From: Vulcanimicrobiota bacterium
Lineage (GTDB): Bacteria; Vulcanimicrobiota; Vulcanimicrobiia; Vulcanimicrobiales; Vulcanimicrobiaceae
Assembly (NCBI GenBank): GCA_027364935.1
Contig: DAHXOK010000003.1
Coordinates: 1-54,643, forward strand
Length of the DNA: 54,643 nucleotides
Direction: 5' to 3'
Below, in pieces: positions 17,931 through 27,477 of the stretch. Below the pieces are notes generated by a model. The model searched no databases. It was not told where the DNA came from and worked only from the letters and a program-made list of their open reading frames with translations. The position numbers were made by a program, and so were the translations under genes. Positions within the stretch are counted from its first letter, which is position 1. Each line of letters opens with the position of its first letter.

Positions 17931-18870
17931 GCGCCGCGTAACGAGCGGCGTCGACGTTGCCGCCGCTGAGGATTACTCCGACTCGCTTGCCGCGCAGCTC
18001 GAGCCTTTGGCCGAGCAGTGCGGCAAGCGCTGCGGCTCCGCTTGGCTCTAGGACGAGCTTGAGCCGCTCGAAGGCGAATCTCATCGCCGCGCGCAGCGCT
18101 GCATCCGAGACCGTGACGATCTCTACCTGATGCTCGCGCGCGATCCCAAAGGTCAGCGCGCTCGGCGCCTGCGTCTGCAGTCCGTCCGCAATCGTCTGCG
18201 GTACTTCGATGCGCACGATCTCTGCGCGTTCTAGCGACTGGCGAACGTCGTCGCCGGCCTCCGGCTCGACGCCGTAGATGCGAATTCGCGGGTCGATCCC
18301 GTGTGCTGCGATCGCCGTTCCGCCCAATAGCCCGCCGCCGCCGACGGGAACGACGACCGCATCCACGGCGTCCACATCTTCGAGCAACTCCAGGGCGGCC
18401 GTTCCCGCACCCGCGATGATGCGCTCGTCGTCGAAAGGAGGCACGAGGGTCGCGCCACGCTCGCCGGCGACCGACGCCGCGATCTCCTCACGATGCGAGC
18501 GGTCGCGCTCGTATTCGATCACCTCGGCGCCGTAGCCACGCGTCGCTGCGAGCTTCGAGACCGGCGCATCGCTCGGCATGACGATCGTCGCCGGGACGCC
18601 GAGCAGGCGCGCCGCGAGCGCAACTCCCTGCGCGTGATTCCCGCTCGAGAACGCGACGACGCCGCGCTCCCGTTCCGACGGCGTCAGCTGTGCGATGCGG
18701 TTGTAGGCTCCACGAAACTTGAACGCCCCCATCCGCTGAAAGTTCTCGCACTTCAGGAAAACGCTCGCCCCGGTCCGCTCGTCGAGCGTTCGCGACGTCA
18801 CGACAGGCGTTCGGTGCGCGACGCCGGCGATCCGAACGGCCGCCTCGCGAACGTGCGCGATGCCGATCAT
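17923..18870 (-). CDS. PLP-dependent threonine/serine dehydratase (fold type II, no ACT domain)
   Basis: ATG 18870 lies inside track ORF 17923..20301. FLKCENFQRMGAFKFRGAYN contains the PLP lysine, with a GGGGLLGG loop. 315 aa. The ATG overlaps the prfC stop (ATGA). Confidence 0.88.
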   Translation of the reverse strand: MIGIAHVREAAVRIAGVAHRTPVVTSRTLDERTGASVFLKCENFQRMGAFKFRGAYNRIAQLTPSERERGVVAFSSGNHAQGVALAARLLGVPATIVMPSDAPVSKLAATRGYGAEVIEYERDRSHREEIAASVAGERGATLVPPFDDERIIAGAGTAALELLEDVDAVDAVVVPVGGGGLLGGTAIAAHGIDPRIRIYGVEPEAGDDVRQSLERAEIVRIEVPQTIADGLQTQAPSALTFGIAREHQVEIVTVSDAALRAAMRFAFERLKLVLEPSGAAALAALLGQRLELRGKRVGVILSGGNVDAARYAALI

Positions 18871-20474
18871 GCCGCTGCGCCGAAGGCCGCGAAGCTCATG
18901 CTCGGATTCCACTCCCGCGCGAGACGCAAGCTCCACTCGCTCTCGAAGAGCGCGACGGCCTTCCCCTCGCCGTCTCGCACGAGTCGCGCGTTCGACGGCA
19001 CCTCCATGCTCGCGATCGCGCGCCCGTCCGAGGCGACGTGCATCGCCAGCGTGTACGGCAGCTTCGAGACGAACGTGCGCACGCCGTACTCCGACTCGAG
19101 CCGATACTTTGCGACCTCTAGCTGCAGCTCGCCGACGACGCCGAGGACGGGTTCGTACGCGCCGGGCTGCCACGGCTCGAAAACCTGCACCGCACCCTCC
19201 TCGCTCAACTGTGCGATGCCCTTCGCGAAGGCCTTGTACGTTGCGGTGTCCGCGCTGCGGATCGTAGCAAAATGCTCGGGCGCAAAAGCCGGAATCTTCG
19301 GAAACGCGACCTCTGCGCCGGCGGCCGTATCGCACAGCGTGTCGCCGATCGCAAAGACGCCGGGATTGGCGAGCCCGACCACGTCGCCGGCATAAGCCGT
19401 CTCGAGGGATTCGCGGGTGTCTGCAAAGAGTCGCATCGCACGCGACAGACGCACCGTGGAACCGCTGCGCGCGTTGCGCACCGTGAGATCGCGCGCGAAA
19501 CGGCCGGAACAGATCCGTACGAACGCGACGCGGTCGCGGTGACGGGGATCCATGTTCGCCTGGATCTTGAAGACGAATCCCGTAAAGAGCTCGCCGTCGG
19601 GCCGCACGATCCCGCCGCCGCGGAGTCGCTGCGGTCCGGGCGCCGGAGCCATGCGCACGAAATCGTCGAGAAAGAGCGCAACGCCGAAGTTCGTCACCGC
19701 GCTGGCGAGGAACACCGGCCTCACCTCGCCGCGCAGCATCGTCTGCGGGTCGAACGGCGCGCCCGCACCCTCGAGGAGGTCCAGCGCGTCCCGAAACTGC
19801 GCGTACGTGCTGTCGTCGACGAGTGCGCGAAGCCGCTCGTCTCGCGCGTCGGTTACTTCCACGGCAGCGCGCGTCGCTCCGTGCGCGCTGCGCTCGAAGA
19901 GGTGCAAGCGCCGCGATGCGCGATCGTACACGCCGCGGAACCGCTCGCCGTTGCCGAGCGGCCAGTTCACGGGATAGGCGCGGATGCCGAGCACGCGTTC
20001 TAGCTCGTCCAGCAGATCTAGCGGATCGCGGCTCGGCCGATCGAGCTTGTTTATGAACGTGAAGAGCGGAATCGCTCGCTCGCGACAAATCGCGAAGAGC
20101 TTTTTCGTCTGCGGCTCGACGCCTTTGGCGGCATCGATGAGCATCACCGCCGAGTCGGCGGCGAGCAACGTGCGGTACGTGTCCTCGCCAAAATCTTGGT
20201 GCCCCGGCGTATCGAGCAAATTGATGACGCATCCGGCGTAGGGAAACTGCAGGACGGTCGAGGTGATCGAGATGCCGCGTTCGCGCTCGAGTGTCATCCA
20301 ATCGCTCGTCACCTCGCGCTGGCGTTTACGCGCGGAGACCTGGCCCGCCACGTGTATCGCGCCGCCGTAGAGCAGCAGCTTCTCCGTGAGCGTCGTCTTG
20401 CCGGCATCCGGGTGCGAAATGATCGCGAACGTGCGCCGACGCGCAACCTCCGCGCCGAGCGCGCAATTCGTCAC
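18867..20474 (-). CDS. prfC: Peptide chain release factor 3
   Basis: RRRTFAIISHPDAGKTTLTEKLLLYGGAI...LLDTPGHQDFGEDTYR...INKLDR are GTPase G1-G4 motifs in the RF3 context. I prefer GTG 20474 because it overlaps the upstream stop (GTGA). The track start 20519 is an alternative. Confidence 0.92.
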   Translation of the reverse strand: MTNCALGAEVARRRTFAIISHPDAGKTTLTEKLLLYGGAIHVAGQVSARKRQREVTSDWMTLERERGISITSTVLQFPYAGCVINLLDTPGHQDFGEDTYRTLLAADSAVMLIDAAKGVEPQTKKLFAICRERAIPLFTFINKLDRPSRDPLDLLDELERVLGIRAYPVNWPLGNGERFRGVYDRASRRLHLFERSAHGATRAAVEVTDARDERLRALVDDSTYAQFRDALDLLEGAGAPFDPQTMLRGEVRPVFLASAVTNFGVALFLDDFVRMAPAPGPQRLRGGGIVRPDGELFTGFVFKIQANMDPRHRDRVAFVRICSGRFARDLTVRNARSGSTVRLSRAMRLFADTRESLETAYAGDVVGLANPGVFAIGDTLCDTAAGAEVAFPKIPAFAPEHFATIRSADTATYKAFAKGIAQLSEEGAVQVFEPWQPGAYEPVLGVVGELQLEVAKYRLESEYGVRTFVSKLPYTLAMHVASDGRAIASMEVPSNARLVRDGEGKAVALFESEWSLRLAREWNPSMSFAAFGAAA

Positions 20475-20971
20475 GACGCCACCTGCGCGGTGCGATAGAG
20501 GCGCAAGACCGCCGCGCACGTGCCGCCCGTGCAGCCGGCGTCACGCAAGGTCGCGATTCCACCGGGGATGAGATAGAAGCGCACGCGCGGCGGAATCCGC
20601 AGGCGATCCTGGCCGCGTCGCACGTACGCTTCGTCGTCGACGATGGTTATCGCGCAGTCGCCGTAGCGCAGTACTGCGGGCGCCGCGATCGCGCGGGCCG
20701 CGGTCGGAAGATGCGACATCAGCGCCTCGCGCCGCCCCTTCCACTCCTGCGTTTGAATCATGCATTCAGGAAGTGCCGAGAGCGCCCACGCCGCGTCGCC
20801 GCGCAGTCCGTACGGGGTGCGGCGCCCCGGTGCAAGCGACGCCGCCGGCTTGGGCGGTACGTAGCCTTTGCCGGAGCCGACGACGATACGCAGCCGGTAT
20901 TGGTGGTAGGCCGTCGCCGCGACGATGGCGCCGACGACGAGGACGGTGGCGATGACGAAATACCGTAGCAC
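20471..20971 (-). CDS. Hypothetical membrane-anchored protein
   Basis: 166 aa. N-terminal TM helix MLRYFVIATVLVVGAIVAATAY. No recognisable family. Coding-like composition and operon context. Confidence 0.55.
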   Translation of the reverse strand: MLRYFVIATVLVVGAIVAATAYHQYRLRIVVGSGKGYVPPKPAASLAPGRRTPYGLRGDAAWALSALPECMIQTQEWKGRREALMSHLPTAARAIAAPAVLRYGDCAITIVDDEAYVRRGQDRLRIPPRVRFYLIPGGIATLRDAGCTGGTCAAVLRLYRTAQVAS

Positions 20972-20978
20972 GCGATAC

Positions 20979-21986
20979 CTACGCTAGCGTGAGACGCGCC
21001 GCTCCGCACGAGTAGTCGGCCATCCCGTAATAGACGTCGAAGGTTCGATCGCCGAGGTCGGGCCGCGGATCGATCCCGGTCGGAAATACGACGTTGTCGA
21101 CGATGCCATGCTTCTCCGCCTCGCGCTCGGGCACGAGCACCGGCTGCGGCGACCGGTACAGGACGTGATGCGGCCGCTCGCGATCGTGAACGACGATGCC
21201 GGCGGAATAGCGGAACTGCGGACGCGCGCTCTCCAAGCCGCTGATGTCGACCGCGTGGAAAATCGACATCCATCCTTCGTCGACGAGAACCGGGGGCGTG
21301 CCGGCACCGATGCGGATCGATCCCCAGCGCTCGTCGGGCGAAAGGACGAGAGCGCTCTCACCGACGTGCAGGAGCGCTGCGCGATCCGCGAGCACCGCAT
21401 CGAGTGGGACGTAGGCGATGCGAATCGATTCCCGGTCGACGAACGGCATTTTTTCGATCAACGGTATCGCTGCAACGCCGTCGACCGTCGAGATGTGCAG
21501 CATGGGGCGATGGTAGAAGGCAATCGAACGCACGCCCTCGGGAGAGATCACCGGCTCGGGAAAGAACGCGGCGTCCTTGTCGTCACCGGCCGTCGCACCC
21601 GGATGCTCGAAGGAGACGAGGCCGAGTCGCTCCCACGTGCGAGCGTCCCTCGAGCGCGCGATAGCGACGCGCGGGCCATCCGGCCCGAACGCGGTGTATG
21701 CCATCAGGTATTCGTCGAGCGCGGGGACGAACGTGACGCGAGCGTCCTCGCATCCATAGCCCGGACGCGCTCGCAACTCGTATGCGGCGTGCGGCTCGAG
21801 CACGAATCCTAGGCGCTCCACCTCGCGCTTCCCGTTTCGATCGTGAAGCGCGACGCGTTCGATGCGCGAAATGTTCCCGGTCTGCACCGCGCGCGGGTAC
21901 AAGAGCGCAGTGCCGTCACGCGCACGCGTGAACGCAGGATTCAAGACGCCTTCCGTCTCCTCCGGGCTTGCGTTGGGCTCGAGCAC
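20979..21986 (-). CDS. GH130 family glycosidase/phosphorylase (DUF377-type beta-propeller)
   Basis: 335 aa from GTG 21986. EGVLNPAFTR..., YGCEDARVT..., YTAFG..., DKDAAFFPE..., GAGTPP..., YYGMAD are GH130 blade motifs. The homologous N-terminal strand (ARVERLGIV) lies upstream of the first canonical start, so the start is uncertain. Confidence 0.78.
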   Translation of the reverse strand: MLEPNASPEETEGVLNPAFTRARDGTALLYPRAVQTGNISRIERVALHDRNGKREVERLGFVLEPHAAYELRARPGYGCEDARVTFVPALDEYLMAYTAFGPDGPRVAIARSRDARTWERLGLVSFEHPGATAGDDKDAAFFPEPVISPEGVRSIAFYHRPMLHISTVDGVAAIPLIEKMPFVDRESIRIAYVPLDAVLADRAALLHVGESALVLSPDERWGSIRIGAGTPPVLVDEGWMSIFHAVDISGLESARPQFRYSAGIVVHDRERPHHVLYRSPQPVLVPEREAEKHGIVDNVVFPTGIDPRPDLGDRTFDVYYGMADYSCGAARLTLA

Positions 21987-22057
21987 GATGCCGAGGCGCT
22001 CGACGCGGGCGTCGAGAGAGACGGATGCCGGGACCGAGAGCCCTCTCGCGCGTCTCG

Positions 22058-22489
22058 TCAGGGAAGTACCGTCTCCGTGATCGGCGCATCCGCCGGCGTC
22101 ACGACTTCGACGCGAATGCCGCGCCGGTAGACCGTGTTAGGGACGATCCACAGCGTAAAGGTACGATACGGCGTCGTAGGCTCGCCCCCGTCCGCCGGCG
22201 CCTCTTCGAATGCGACGACGCGAACGCGCGTCTCGTTTGCGCCGATGGATTCCACGATCTGCCGATAGCCCGTACGGTCGTGCGGTCCCATCAAGAGTAC
22301 GACGCCGAACTCACCGCGAAAGCGTATGGGCGCGTGGATGCCGAGGCGCGCCAACGAATCGCCGTCGCGGACGATCGCGATCTGGTTTCCCCCCAAGACC
22401 GCGGTCGTGCCGACCGCGTATGTCTTGACGCGAACCTCGCGACAACCCATGAGGAGGAGGAGGGTGAATAAAGCCCACCAGCGTTTCAC
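22058..22489 (-). CDS. Hypothetical lipoprotein
   Basis: GTG 22489 gives VKRWWALFTLLLLMGC, a lipobox with Cys. 143 aa. The 48 upstream codons of the track ORF cover the intergenic repeat region. Confidence 0.6.
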   Translation of the reverse strand: MKRWWALFTLLLLMGCREVRVKTYAVGTTAVLGGNQIAIVRDGDSLARLGIHAPIRFRGEFGVVLLMGPHDRTGYRQIVESIGANETRVRVVAFEEAPADGGEPTTPYRTFTLWIVPNTVYRRGIRVEVVTPADAPITETVLP

Positions 22490-22506
22490 GTCCCGCCCCG
22501 CCTTCG

Positions 22507-22541
22507 TTCGAAAAGGCGGCGCACCTTGCGCGCCGCCAGGC
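22507..22541. repeat. 35-bp hairpin-containing intergenic repeat, copy 1
   Basis: ttcgaaaaggcggcGcaccttgcgcgccgccaggc. The internal inverted repeat ggcggcgc / gcgccgcc flanks a 7-nt loop. Confidence 0.8.
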
Positions 22542-22617
22542 ACTTCGCGCCACGTGCGGCGCTGCGCGCCACACACTCCGCTGCGCGCCCCCACCAACAC
22601 GTTGCGGTGGGACCCCC

Positions 22618-22652
22618 TTCGAAAAGGCGGCACACCTTGCGCGCCGCCAGGC
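22618..22652. repeat. 35-bp hairpin-containing intergenic repeat, copy 2
   Basis: ttcgaaaaggcggcAcaccttgcgcgccgccaggc. 34/35 identical to copy 1, same orientation, 111 bp downstream. Confidence 0.8.
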
Positions 22653-22715
22653 TCGCAGCGTCAGGCGACCACGGCCATTGCCGCTTCGGCGATTACCGTA
22701 TAGGCTGGATATCCT

Positions 22716-23630
22716 GTGAAGAGCCTAAGGCGCCTCGCGCTCGCCGCAGATCTCGTTGCGTTTCTCGTCGTCGTGATGGGAAGCTGGACGCGGATCAACG
22801 CCGCCGGAATGACCTGCCCCGATTGGCCGATGTGCCGAGGTGAGCTCTTCCCGAACATGTCCGGTGGCACGCTCTGGGAATGGACCCACCGCCTCCTCGC
22901 CTTCTCGCTCGCTCCGCTGATCGCCGCCGTCTGCATCGTCGCATGGCGATCGCGAGCGCGCTCGTCGCTCGCCGCTTTGACGAGCGGCGTCGTTGCCGCA
23001 CTCTTCCTCATCCAGATTGCGCTGGGAGCGGCAACGGTACGCCTCGACAACTCCCCGCTGTCGGTCGTCCTGCACTGGGGAACGGCGATGGCCGTTATTG
23101 CGGCACTGACCGCCGTCGCGATCTTCGCCCACGCGTCCGACTCGGGGACGGCACGCGACACTTCACCGTCACCGCGCATCGTACCGGTGATGCTCGGCGT
23201 CACGGCGGTCGTCGCCTTTGTGACGATGTGCGTCGGGGCGTACGTCAGCTCGAGCGGAGCGGGCCTCGCTTGCCTATCTCTCCCGGGATGTGCGGGGAAC
23301 GTCGTCGTATATACTCCCGGCCAGATCGTCCAGATGCTGCACCGCGTCGCAGCGGCGGCAACGCTCCTCTGCGCAAGCACAGCGTTCGCGCTGACGTGGA
23401 CGAGAAGAGTCGCTCCGCACGTGCGTCTGGCGGCAAGTGCGGGAATACTGCTCGTTTTCATCCAGGTGATATTGGGACTGCTCAACGTCGCTCTACGGCT
23501 CCCGACGGATCTTCGCGAAGTGCACGCTGCAAACGCTGCATTGGTGTTTGTCGCCTTCGTGACGGCAACGGCCTTCGCCGCGATCGATTCCTACGCGCCC
23601 TCCGTCGCTACGTACGAGGGGTCGCGTTGA
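22716..23630 (+). CDS. ctaA: Heme A synthase (COX15/CtaA)
   Basis: 304 aa. VVVMGSWTRINAAGMTCPDWPMCRGELFP...WEWTHRLLA... and a second half with HR..A are CtaA His/Cys motifs on 8 TM segments. Confidence 0.9.
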   Translation: MKSLRRLALAADLVAFLVVVMGSWTRINAAGMTCPDWPMCRGELFPNMSGGTLWEWTHRLLAFSLAPLIAAVCIVAWRSRARSSLAALTSGVVAALFLIQIALGAATVRLDNSPLSVVLHWGTAMAVIAALTAVAIFAHASDSGTARDTSPSPRIVPVMLGVTAVVAFVTMCVGAYVSSSGAGLACLSLPGCAGNVVVYTPGQIVQMLHRVAAAATLLCASTAFALTWTRRVAPHVRLAASAGILLVFIQVILGLLNVALRLPTDLREVHAANAALVFVAFVTATAFAAIDSYAPSVATYEGSR

Positions 23631-24496
23631 CGGCGGCGCTCGCCGTGGCGCGCGATTACTATGCGTTGTCGAAGCCGAAAATCATCGTCCTCCTGCTCAT
23701 CACGACGATAGCGGCAATGGTGATGGCCGCGCGCGGCGTACCGCCGCTAGCGCTTGCGCTGTGGACGCTCGTCGGCGGAGCGCTTGCGGCAGGCTCCGCC
23801 GGAGCCTTGAACTGCGTCTACGATGCCGACATCGATGCCGTGATGACGCGAACGTGCTGCCGCCCGATTCCCATGGGACGCATCTCGCTGCGTGCCGCGA
23901 CGATCTTTGCGCTGGCGTGCGGCGTCGCATCGTTCGCCATCTTCTACTGGCTCGTCAATCCGTTGGCTGCGTGGCTCTCTCTCGCGGGAAACTTCTACTA
24001 CGTCGTCATCTACACCATGTGGCTCAAGCGGCTCACGCCGCTCAACATCGTGATCGGCGGGGCCGCGGGTGCCGTTCCGCCCCTCGTCGGATGGGCCGCC
24101 GTTACCCATGCCGTCGGCGGACCCGCGCTGGGACTCTTTGCGCTCATCTTCCTGTGGACGCCGCCGCATTTTTGGTCGCTCGCGTTGATGACGGAGACCG
24201 ATTATGCGAAAGCACGCATTCCGATGCTGCCCAACGTTAGCGGCGAGGCGCGCACCAAGCGCGAAATCATCTATTACTCTCTGCTGCTCGTCGCCGCATC
24301 CCTCTCGCTCTACCCGCTGCACGTTATGGGAGCACTCTACCTCGCCGGCGCCGTAGTTCTCGGGGGGGTCTTCGTGTTGGGGGCGCTGCGCGCGTGGCGG
24401 GGATCGACGCAAGCCGCCCGCTCCCTCTTCCGCTTCTCACTCCTCTACCTCGCACTGATGTGCGCGGTTATGGTTATCGACCGCATCATTGCGTGA
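23627..24496 (+). CDS. ctaB: Protoheme IX farnesyltransferase (heme O synthase)
   Basis: TTG 23627 is preceded by gagggg and overlaps the ctaA stop (TTGA). GTG 23645 is an alternative. ARDYYALSKPKIIVLLLITT...NCVYDADIDAVMTRTCCRPIP...WTPPHFWSLAL is the UbiA-family CtaB signature. 289 aa. Confidence 0.9.
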   Translation: MTAALAVARDYYALSKPKIIVLLLITTIAAMVMAARGVPPLALALWTLVGGALAAGSAGALNCVYDADIDAVMTRTCCRPIPMGRISLRAATIFALACGVASFAIFYWLVNPLAAWLSLAGNFYYVVIYTMWLKRLTPLNIVIGGAAGAVPPLVGWAAVTHAVGGPALGLFALIFLWTPPHFWSLALMTETDYAKARIPMLPNVSGEARTKREIIYYSLLLVAASLSLYPLHVMGALYLAGAVVLGGVFVLGALRAWRGSTQAARSLFRFSLLYLALMCAVMVIDRIIA

Positions 24497-25835
24497 TCGA
24501 TCGTCGTTCCCGCTTCTCATAACGCTCGGCCTTGGCGTCTTCGCCGGCGCGCTAGATCTCGGCGTTCTCTCGCCGGCGCTGCCTGCGCTCGCGCGCGCCT
24601 TCGGCGTCGTGACGGGCGATCTCTCATGGATCTTTACGATCTACCTACTCGTGAACGTCGTAGCCATTGCCGTTGCGGGAGCTCTCGCCGACCGATACGG
24701 CCGCCGGCGCATCTACATGCTGTCGATGCTCACCTTCGCCGTCGGAAGCGCGGTCACGATACTCGCTCCGACGTACGAGTATTTTCTGCTGGGCCGCGCG
24801 GTCCAAGCACTCGGCGCGGGCGGGCTCTTCCCGGTTGCGACCGCCGCCATCGGCGACGTCGTGCCTCCCTCGCGGCGCGGCGCGGCGCTCGGAGCGGTCG
24901 CTGCAACGTGGGGCGTTGCCGCCGTGATAGGTCCGGTTTTCGGCGGCGCCGTCACGCATTTTTTCTCGTGGCAATGGATCTTCGCCGCAAACTTTCCACT
25001 GGCAGCGATCGTACTCGTGCTCGCGCGCCGTTACGTTCCGGCGCTCGCGCCGCAATCGCGCGGTCCGCTCGACCTGCTCGGCCTCTTTCTGCTCTCCTTC
25101 GGATTGCTCTGCGTCGTCGACGGCATCGTGAGCATGCGCCCGGTCATAGCGGCAATCGGCGTCGTCTTGCTAGGGGGATTTCTCGTGCAAGAGCGCAAGG
25201 TCGAGAACCCCATCGTTCCGCTCTCGCTCCTGCGCGCGCCGCAGCTGGCAAAGACGTACGTACTGGAACTGACGATCGGCGTGCTCGAGGGATCGCTGTT
25301 CTTTATCCCCACGATCGTGGTCGCCGTCCAGCACGTGAGCACGGCAACGGCCGGACTCGTCGCTGCGCTCGGCGCGGCAACCTTCGTCGTCGTCATTCCC
25401 GTTTCGGGGCGCGCTCTCGATCGCATCGGTTCGCGCGACGTGCTGCTTGCGGGCGCGGTGCTCACGGAGATCGGGCTCGCGATCTTTGCGCTCGGCTTCG
25501 ACTCGATGCCGCTCACGCTGCTCTCGATGGTCGTCGCCGGTGCGGGCTTTGGTGCTCTGCTTGGCGCCCCGACGCGATACCTCGTCACGAATGAGACGGG
25601 CCCAAGCAGGCGCGGCATCGCGGTATCGCTGCTCAGCCAATGTCTCATCATCGGGCAAATCCTGGGCAGCGCGATGGCCGGCAGCATCATCGGCGCCATC
25701 CGCAACGACGTCGAAGCGTACCGGTTTACGTACCTCGCCTTCTGCGCGGTTGCCCTCGCCGCGCTCGCGATCTCCTCGACGCTGCGGGCGCGACCCGACG
25801 AGCGCGCTGCCCCGCTGGAGGAAGCCGCTCCATAG
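24489..25835 (+). CDS. MFS transporter (drug:H+ antiporter-like)
   Basis: 448 aa, about 12-14 TM segments. GALADRYGRRRIYMLSM is MFS motif A. The start codon is uncertain (track TTG 24489 overlaps the ctaB end). Confidence 0.8.
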   Translation: MRDRSSFPLLITLGLGVFAGALDLGVLSPALPALARAFGVVTGDLSWIFTIYLLVNVVAIAVAGALADRYGRRRIYMLSMLTFAVGSAVTILAPTYEYFLLGRAVQALGAGGLFPVATAAIGDVVPPSRRGAALGAVAATWGVAAVIGPVFGGAVTHFFSWQWIFAANFPLAAIVLVLARRYVPALAPQSRGPLDLLGLFLLSFGLLCVVDGIVSMRPVIAAIGVVLLGGFLVQERKVENPIVPLSLLRAPQLAKTYVLELTIGVLEGSLFFIPTIVVAVQHVSTATAGLVAALGAATFVVVIPVSGRALDRIGSRDVLLAGAVLTEIGLAIFALGFDSMPLTLLSMVVAGAGFGALLGAPTRYLVTNETGPSRRGIAVSLLSQCLIIGQILGSAMAGSIIGAIRNDVEAYRFTYLAFCAVALAALAISSTLRARPDERAAPLEEAAP

Positions 25836-25858
25836 GGGAGCGTCGAACGGCCGAGCTC

Positions 25859-27475
25859 ATGAATCAGGCGCCGCCGCTGCAGGGCGGCAATCTCTTCACC
25901 GGCGACCGCGCGCTCGTCGAATCGCTCGACGCATTCGCACCGGCGTTGCCGCGAGAGGAGCTCGAGCGCATCGGCGCGCTCGCCGGCGACCCAGAGACGA
26001 TTGCGCTCGGCTTCGATGCAAACGCGTATCCGCCCGAACTGCATACGCACGACGCGTACGGAAATCGCCTCGACGAAGTTCGCTTTCATCCGTCGTGGCA
26101 CCGGCTCCTCGGCTACGCCACATCGTTCGGGCTGAACGCGGCCGCTTGGCACGACGTCCAGCCGCTCGCGCACCTACGCCGCGCAGCGACCTTTTACGTT
26201 TGGTCGCAAGTGGAATCGGGGCACGGCTGTCCCATATCGATGAGCTACGCGGCGGTGGCGACGTTACGGATGCAGCCGGAGCTGGCACGTCTTTGGGAAC
26301 CGCGACTCTCGCACCGCAGCTACGAGCCCGCGCTCGTGCCGATCGAGCGCAAGCGCGCGGCGCTCTGCGGCATGGGCATGACCGAGAAGCAAGGCGGATC
26401 GGACGTACGCGCCAACACGACGCGCGCCGTCGCGGAGTCGCTCGGCGGACCGGGTCGGCCCTATCGGCTCACCGGTCATAAGTGGTTCTGCTCCGCACCG
26501 ATGAGCGACGGCTTCCTCGTGCTCGCGCAAGCACCCGGCGGCCTTTCGTGCTTTCTCGTCCCGCGCGTGCTCGAAGACGGACGGCGCAACGTATTTCTCA
26601 TCCAGCGGCTCAAAGAGAAGCTCGGCAATCGCAGCAACGCTTCGGCAGAGGTGGAGTTCGAGCGAACGCAGGGCTATCTGATCGGCGAGGAGGGGCGCGG
26701 ACTCGCAGCGATCGTCGAAATGGTGAACTACACCCGGCTGGATTGCATGCTCGGTTCTGCCGCGCTCGTGCGCCAAGCGCTGGCGCAAGCGTTGCACCAC
26801 GCGAAATATCGCCAAACGTTCGGCAAGCCGCTGCTCGAGCATCCGTTGATGCGCAACGTTTTGGCGGACATCGCGCTCGAGTCCGAAGCGACAACGTGGC
26901 TGTGCATGCGTCTGGCGCGCGCCGTCGACGACGGCGATGCGGAGCTGCGGCGTATCGGTACGGCGGTTGGGAAGTATTGGATCTGCAAGCGGACGCCCGT
27001 GCTGGTCGGCGAGGCGCTGGAGTGCCTCGGCGGCAACGGATACGTCGAGAGTTCGATCCTTCCTCGCCTCTATCGCGAAGCGCCGCTGAACTCGATTTGG
27101 GAGGGTGCGGGCAACGTCAACGCGCTCGACGTCGTGCGGATCCTTCGCAAGCAACCCGCCGCATTCGAGGCGTTGCGCGCGCAGTGGGCAACGGCGCGCG
27201 AAGAGCCGCGCGTCGCGGCGGCGGTGCGCGCCTTCGAGGCCTCGCTTCGGGACGAAGACGCGCGCGAGGCGCAGGCGCGCACGATCGCCGAGCGGGCGGC
27301 GCTGATCTGGCAAGCCTCGCTCTTGCTCGCGCACGCGCCGCGCGACGTCGCCGACGCGTTCCTACGCTCGCGCTTGAGCGGTGAGGGCGGACGCGCGCTC
27401 GGAACGCTTCCGCCGGAGTGTCGTCTCGGCGTAATCTTGGACCGCGCTTCGCCGAGCGCAGAGATCGTCGCGTAG
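25859..27475 (+). CDS. AidB-like acyl-CoA dehydrogenase family protein
   Basis: ATG 25859 lies inside track ORF 25640..27475. ...CGMGMTEKQGGSDVRANTT...GHKWFCSAP...YLIGEEGRGL...ECLGGNGYVE... matches the AidB/ACAD domain order. 538 aa. Confidence 0.85.
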   Translation: MNQAPPLQGGNLFTGDRALVESLDAFAPALPREELERIGALAGDPETIALGFDANAYPPELHTHDAYGNRLDEVRFHPSWHRLLGYATSFGLNAAAWHDVQPLAHLRRAATFYVWSQVESGHGCPISMSYAAVATLRMQPELARLWEPRLSHRSYEPALVPIERKRAALCGMGMTEKQGGSDVRANTTRAVAESLGGPGRPYRLTGHKWFCSAPMSDGFLVLAQAPGGLSCFLVPRVLEDGRRNVFLIQRLKEKLGNRSNASAEVEFERTQGYLIGEEGRGLAAIVEMVNYTRLDCMLGSAALVRQALAQALHHAKYRQTFGKPLLEHPLMRNVLADIALESEATTWLCMRLARAVDDGDAELRRIGTAVGKYWICKRTPVLVGEALECLGGNGYVESSILPRLYREAPLNSIWEGAGNVNALDVVRILRKQPAAFEALRAQWATAREEPRVAAAVRAFEASLRDEDAREAQARTIAERAALIWQASLLLAHAPRDVADAFLRSRLSGEGGRALGTLPPECRLGVILDRASPSAEIVA

Positions 27476-27477
27476 CG

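Noticed and set aside
18871-20301. N-terminal 477 codons of track ORF 17923..20301
   Set aside because: Off-frame overlap of prfC with an Arg/Ala-rich product. The dehydratase homology begins only at ATG 18870.
22507-22652. Possible mini CRISPR array
   Set aside because: Only two repeat copies with a 76-bp spacer containing its own internal repeats. No cas genes. The repeats sit in a divergent promoter region.
22880-23626. N-terminal 249 codons of track ORF 22880..24496
   Set aside because: Alternative frame inside ctaA. CtaB homology starts at TTG 23627 or GTG 23645.
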